The notes beneath the pieces were generated by a model. It ran no database searches and had not been told where the DNA came from. It saw only the letters and a list, made by a program, of their open reading frames with translations. DNA of 64,000 nucleotides from Candidatus Competibacteraceae bacterium. GTDB taxonomy: Bacteria > Pseudomonadota > Gammaproteobacteria > Competibacterales > Competibacteraceae. Below, piece after piece: positions 60,200 to 64,000 of the stretch (within the stretch, counting starts at the first letter, position 1; each line of letters begins with the position of its first letter). The position numbers and the translations under genes are program-made. The stretch spans positions 984 to 64,983 of the forward strand of contig DAITNL010000001.1 of assembly GCA_036834665.1 (NCBI GenBank), given 5' to 3'.

Positions 60200-63100
60200 T
60201 CAATTCAACATCAGCGGTGCCGGTTTGAGCACCTGCGCGCTTAAAGGTGGCAGATTCAGCACGATCGAGAAGGGCTGGCCGTGGCTGGCGTGCTCTACAG
60301 CGGGCAGCGGTGGCGCAGCGCTCGTGATGCTGGAGCCACCATAATCGGCGGCATTGCTATCCAGCAGCGTTTCATAAGCCACCGGATAGGGCACACCAAT
60401 GCGGTACTCCGGATAGGCGGTATCGGCGAAGTTGAATACCAGCACCAGTGCATCGCGCGGATCGCGGGCCTTGCGCTGAAATACCAGCACCTTGGTCTCG
60501 GCGCCATTTGGATCGAGCCAGTCGAAACCGGCACCGTGAAAATCCACCTCATGCAAGGCCGGCTGCTGCGCGTATAGGTGATTGAGATCGCGCACGAAGC
60601 GCTGCAGACCCAGATGTGAGGGCTGGCGCAGGCACGGCCATTCCAGTTCGCTATCGTGATTCCATTCGCCAGGCTGGCCAAACTCGCCGCCCATGAACAG
60701 CAGTTTCTTGCCGGGATGCGCGTACATGAAGGCATACAGCAGGCGCAGGTTGGCGAACTGCTGGCGCGCAGTGCCGGGCATCTTGCCGAGCAGCGACTTT
60801 TTCAGATGCACCACTTCATCATGCGATAGCGACAGAATGAAGTTCTCGTTGAAGGCGTAGACCAGGCCAAAGGTCAGTTTGTCGTGGTGGTGGCGGCGAT
60901 GCACCGGCTCCTTCTGCAGATAGAACAGCACGTCATGCATCCAGCCCATGTTCCACTTGAAGCCAAAGCCCAGCCCGCCGATGTCGGTCGGCCGCGATAC
61001 GTTCGGCCAGGCGGTGGATTCCTCGGCGATCATCATGACCCCGGGGAAACGGGCATGGACCACGGCGTTGGTGTGGCGGATGAATTCGATCGCTTCCAGG
61101 TTCTCGTTGCCGCCGTATTTGTTGGGAATCCAGTCCTTCTTTGAATAATCCAGATACAGCATCGAGGCTACCGCATCGACGCGCAGCCCGTCGAAGTGGA
61201 AGGTATCCAGCCAGTACAGCGCATTGGCAATCAGGAAGTTTTCCACCTCGTGACGGCCATAGTTGAAGATCAGCGTCCCCCAGTCGGGATGTTCGCCCTG
61301 GCGCGGATCGGCGTGCTCGAACAGGCAGGTGCCGTCGTACCAGGCCATGGCGTGGGCATCCTTGGGAAAGTGCGCCGGCACCCAGTCGAGAATCACGCCG
61401 ATGCCGGCCTGGTGGCAGCGGTCGATCAGTTCCATTAACTCCTCGGGCCGGCCATAGCGGGCGGTCGGCGCGTAGAAGTTGGAAATCTGGTAGCCCCAGG
61501 ACGGGCCGTAGGGATGCTCGGCCAGCGGCAGAAATTCGATGTGGGTAAAGCCCATGTCCCGCACATAGGGAATCAACTGGTCGGCCAGTTCCCGATAGGA
61601 CAGGAATTCGCCATTGGCTTTGCGCCGCCAGGAACCGGCATGCACTTCGTAGATCGCCACCGGTCGCTGCCAGATGCGGGATTGGCCGCGTTGCCGCATC
61701 CACTCGCCGTCCTGCCAGCGGTATTTGCCGGCGCGATCATAGACCACGCTGGCGGTGCCGGGCGGCACTTCGGTGTAAAAGGCGAAGGGATCGGTTTTCA
61801 GGAACAGGTTGCCGTTGCGCGCCAGAATCTCGAACTTGTACAGCTCGCCCTCAGCCAGACCGGGCATGAACAGCTCCCAGATGCCGGAGCCGGGCCGCAA
61901 CTGCATCGGATGGCGGCGACCATCCCAGTGGTTGAAGGCGCCGACCACGCTGACCCGCTGGGCGTTGGGTGCCCACACCGCGAAATGGATGCCGGCCAGA
62001 CCGGCCACCTGCACCGGATGCGCGCCGAGCTTTTCAAAAATCTGGTAGTGATTGCCCTCAGCGAACAGATGGCAGTCCTGATCACTGAGCAGAGAAAAGG
62101 CCCGCGCGTAGGGATCGCTGAAGCGGTGATGCTGGCCATGCTCGGTGGCGCTCAGCCGGTAGCGCAGCCGGTCCGCTGCGCCAGCTACCCGGGTTTCGAA
62201 CAGGCCGCCCTGCACCGGCTGCAGCGGATAGAGTAGCTGGGGCCGGTCCTCGGGTTGCAGATAAGGGGCCTGCGCATCCGGCAACAGGGCACGCACCACG
62301 CTCAGGCCGGCCGTACCGGGCAGCGGATGCGGGCCGAGCAGCGCGTGCGGGTTGGTGCAGCGCCCCTCCAGCAGGGCATCGCGTTCAGCGGCGGTCAGCG
62401 TCGCCGGCGGCGTATCCTCGCGTAACAGGCAGGGCAGACCCGCTGCCGCTTCCTGCGGGGCCAGCCGCGTCGCGTAGCCGAGCGCATCGGTGCGCAGCGC
62501 ATCAATGTGATAGACCTGCCGCCAGAACAGGGCATTGGCGCTGAGGAAATTGGCCACTTCCGGCCGTTCCAGATCGAACCTCAGCCCCTGCAACGCGCCG
62601 TCTGTTTCCACCTCGTACAGCGGTGCGCCATCGAACCAGCTCAGTTCCTGGCCTTCGCACGGCAGCCGTGGCGGAATCCAGTCGAGGATCACGCCGATAT
62701 CGTGCTGGTGGCAGGCATCAATGAAGGCCATCAACTCCTCGGGCCGGCCATAACGCGGGTTGGGCGTGAAATAGCTGGCGACGGTTTCATCCGCAGTCCA
62801 CCAGCTCAGCTCGACATGGCTATGGCCGTGCCGGCGCAGGTGCGTCAGCACCTGTTCCGATAACTGGGTATAACGCGCCACCCGCTCGGGCGTCGCGCTG
62901 GCCTGGGCATCGAAGCTGACCCGGTGCACGCTGATGGGCAGTTCCCAGCCCTGGCCGTCCATCGCCCGCGCCATCCACGGGCCATCGCTCCAGGCATGGG
63001 GGCGCTGCAGGTCGTACACGAAGGCGGCGGTTTTGGGATAAACCTCGCTGTAGAACGCCAGCGGATCGGTCTTGAGAAACACCGCGCCCGCAGCGCTGCG

Positions 63101-63667
63101 AATCTCGTACTTGTACAGCTCGCCGAGATCAAGGCCGGGCACGAACAGCTCCCAGACGCCGCCGCTCTCGCGCTGCATCAGGTGGCAGCGGCCATCCCAC
63201 TGGTTGAAGGTGCCGACCACGCTGACCCGGCTGGCGCGCGGCGCCCACAGGCTGAAGTTGACGCCCATCACGCCTTCCTTGATGCGCAGGTGCGCGCCCA
63301 GGCGGCTGAACAGCTTGGGCAGACGGCCCCGGCACAGCGCCTCGCCATCGGCCGGCAGAAAGGAGGGTTCGTGAATGGCGTAGGGATCGGCCAGGGTGCG
63401 GGTACCGCCGCCGGGCTCCTCGATGAGCAGGCGATAATCCAGCTCAGTGATACCCGGCAGGCGGGTAACGAATAGCCCGTCGGCGTGCAGGCGCTGCATG
63501 GCGCAGCGCGGGCTGCCGTCGGCGGGCAGCACCCAGACCCGCTCAGCCTGGGGCAGGAAGGCACGGATCAGCAGCGCCCGCTCCCGTTCATCGTAGTGAG
63601 GCCCCAACACCGTATGTGGTGCGTCATGACGCAACTCGATGATTTTGCGAACCTGTTCTTCCAGCAT
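60200..63667 (-). CDS. glgB: 1,4-alpha-glucan branching enzyme GlgB with an N-terminal degenerate partial duplication
   Basis: 1155 aa. Residues ~424-1155 form a complete GlgB with GH13 regions DWVPAHF, DGLRVDAV, MIAEEST and LSHDEV. Residues 1-~400 repeat the N-domain/CBM48/first half of the barrel (compare VSVVGTFNQWDGR...LFLKTDP with VSVVGAFNHWDGR...LFLKTDP). Confidence 0.9.
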   Translation of the reverse strand: MLEEQVRKIIELRHDAPHTVLGPHYDERERALLIRAFLPQAERVWVLPADGSPRCAMQRLHADGLFVTRLPGITELDYRLLIEEPGGGTRTLADPYAIHEPSFLPADGEALCRGRLPKLFSRLGAHLRIKEGVMGVNFSLWAPRASRVSVVGTFNQWDGRCHLMQRESGGVWELFVPGLDLGELYKYEIRSAAGAVFLKTDPLAFYSEVYPKTAAFVYDLQRPHAWSDGPWMARAMDGQGWELPISVHRVSFDAQASATPERVARYTQLSEQVLTHLRRHGHSHVELSWWTADETVASYFTPNPRYGRPEELMAFIDACHQHDIGVILDWIPPRLPCEGQELSWFDGAPLYEVETDGALQGLRFDLERPEVANFLSANALFWRQVYHIDALRTDALGYATRLAPQEAAAGLPCLLREDTPPATLTAAERDALLEGRCTNPHALLGPHPLPGTAGLSVVRALLPDAQAPYLQPEDRPQLLYPLQPVQGGLFETRVAGAADRLRYRLSATEHGQHHRFSDPYARAFSLLSDQDCHLFAEGNHYQIFEKLGAHPVQVAGLAGIHFAVWAPNAQRVSVVGAFNHWDGRRHPMQLRPGSGIWELFMPGLAEGELYKFEILARNGNLFLKTDPFAFYTEVPPGTASVVYDRAGKYRWQDGEWMRQRGQSRIWQRPVAIYEVHAGSWRRKANGEFLSYRELADQLIPYVRDMGFTHIEFLPLAEHPYGPSWGYQISNFYAPTARYGRPEELMELIDRCHQAGIGVILDWVPAHFPKDAHAMAWYDGTCLFEHADPRQGEHPDWGTLIFNYGRHEVENFLIANALYWLDTFHFDGLRVDAVASMLYLDYSKKDWIPNKYGGNENLEAIEFIRHTNAVVHARFPGVMMIAEESTAWPNVSRPTDIGGLGFGFKWNMGWMHDVLFYLQKEPVHRRHHHDKLTFGLVYAFNENFILSLSHDEVVHLKKSLLGKMPGTARQQFANLRLLYAFMYAHPGKKLLFMGGEFGQPGEWNHDSELEWPCLRQPSHLGLQRFVRDLNHLYAQQPALHEVDFHGAGFDWLDPNGAETKVLVFQRKARDPRDALVLVFNFADTAYPEYRIGVPYPVAYETLLDSNAADYGGSSITSAAPPLPAVEHASHGQPFSIVLNLPPLSAQVLKPAPLMLN

Positions 63668-63826
63668 GTCCCTACCTTCCCCGGTTGTGCCGTCGTGCGA
63701 TTAACATAGCAAAATTATGGATTCATGGGCAGCACGGACATGCAATTGGGGCGACACGCGCGCGCGTCGCCCCGGTTACGATTGCGCCGGTCGCGGTGGA
63801 GAAGCGACCGACGGGAGGTGTATCCC

Positions 63827-64000
63827 CTATTCCTTGTCGTCGTCATTGGCATCGGCGGGAGGCGCCATGGCCGGTGCGGCTGCCGCGCCCGGCTGCCCCG
63901 GCATCGCTGCGGGACCCTGGCCGCCACGTCCACCCTTCATCCAGGCCGGACGTTCGGTAAAGAATTTATCCATGACCTGCTTCTGGGTCGGATCGAGCGC
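63827..64000 (-). CDS. C-terminal fragment of a hypothetical protein (gene starts beyond the right edge)
   Basis: My reverse-complement translation is ALDPTQKQVMDKFFTERPAWMKGGRGGQGPAAMPGQPGAAAAPAMAPPADANDDDKE* (stop at 63829-63827). It is open to the window edge. It is not in the ORF track, and function is not assignable. Confidence 0.35.
   Translation of the reverse strand, partial: ALDPTQKQVMDKFFTERPAWMKGGRGGQGPAAMPGQPGAAAAPAMAPPADANDDDKE

Overview
High-GC (about 65% by eye) gammaproteobacterial chromosome segment, mostly core housekeeping genes. Left to right: a MASE1 sensor fragment, then lptD-surA-rsmA with divergent amgK-murU. Next come phoU, plsC-gmhB-glyS-glyQ, a hypothetical/HNH pair, pntAA-pntAB-pntB, creA and pbpC. 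A more accessory block follows: a secreted low-complexity protein, a sirtuin, an EAL/CBS/GGDEF protein, and a PlcP-like phosphoesterase with btaA-btaB. After that are rsmG-parA-parB, the full atpIBEFHAGDC operon, glmU, gltX and tRNA-Ala/tRNA-Glu. Beyond the island lie tRNA-Asn, an aminotransferase, uvrB, an exopolysaccharide-type cluster, a DegV-like gene, a palindromic repeat cluster and an oversized glgB. Main hunt result: a 7.4-kb, lower-GC, three-gene island (41.26-48.54 kb) sits between the 3' ends of tRNA-Glu and tRNA-Asn. It encodes a PLD-nuclease/SNF2-helicase fusion, an MmeI/PglX/Eco57I-type N6-adenine methyltransferase with a very low-GC C-terminal module, and a translationally coupled minimal DprA/SLOG-like protein. 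The parts resemble Type III, split Type ISP and DISARM class 1, but the core partners of DISARM and BREX are absent and the DprA-like gene belongs to no described R-M-like system I know. Other notable points: four parS centromere sites (one inside rsmA, two in tandem upstream of glyQS); a putative phosphate-sparing lipid-remodelling module (plcP-like plus btaAB); a GlgB carrying an N-terminal degenerate partial copy of itself; a REP-like hairpin inserted in-frame in the methyltransferase; and a BY-kinase-like protein lacking the Walker A lysine. Many long ORFs in the track are antisense shadows typical of high-GC DNA and were rejected.
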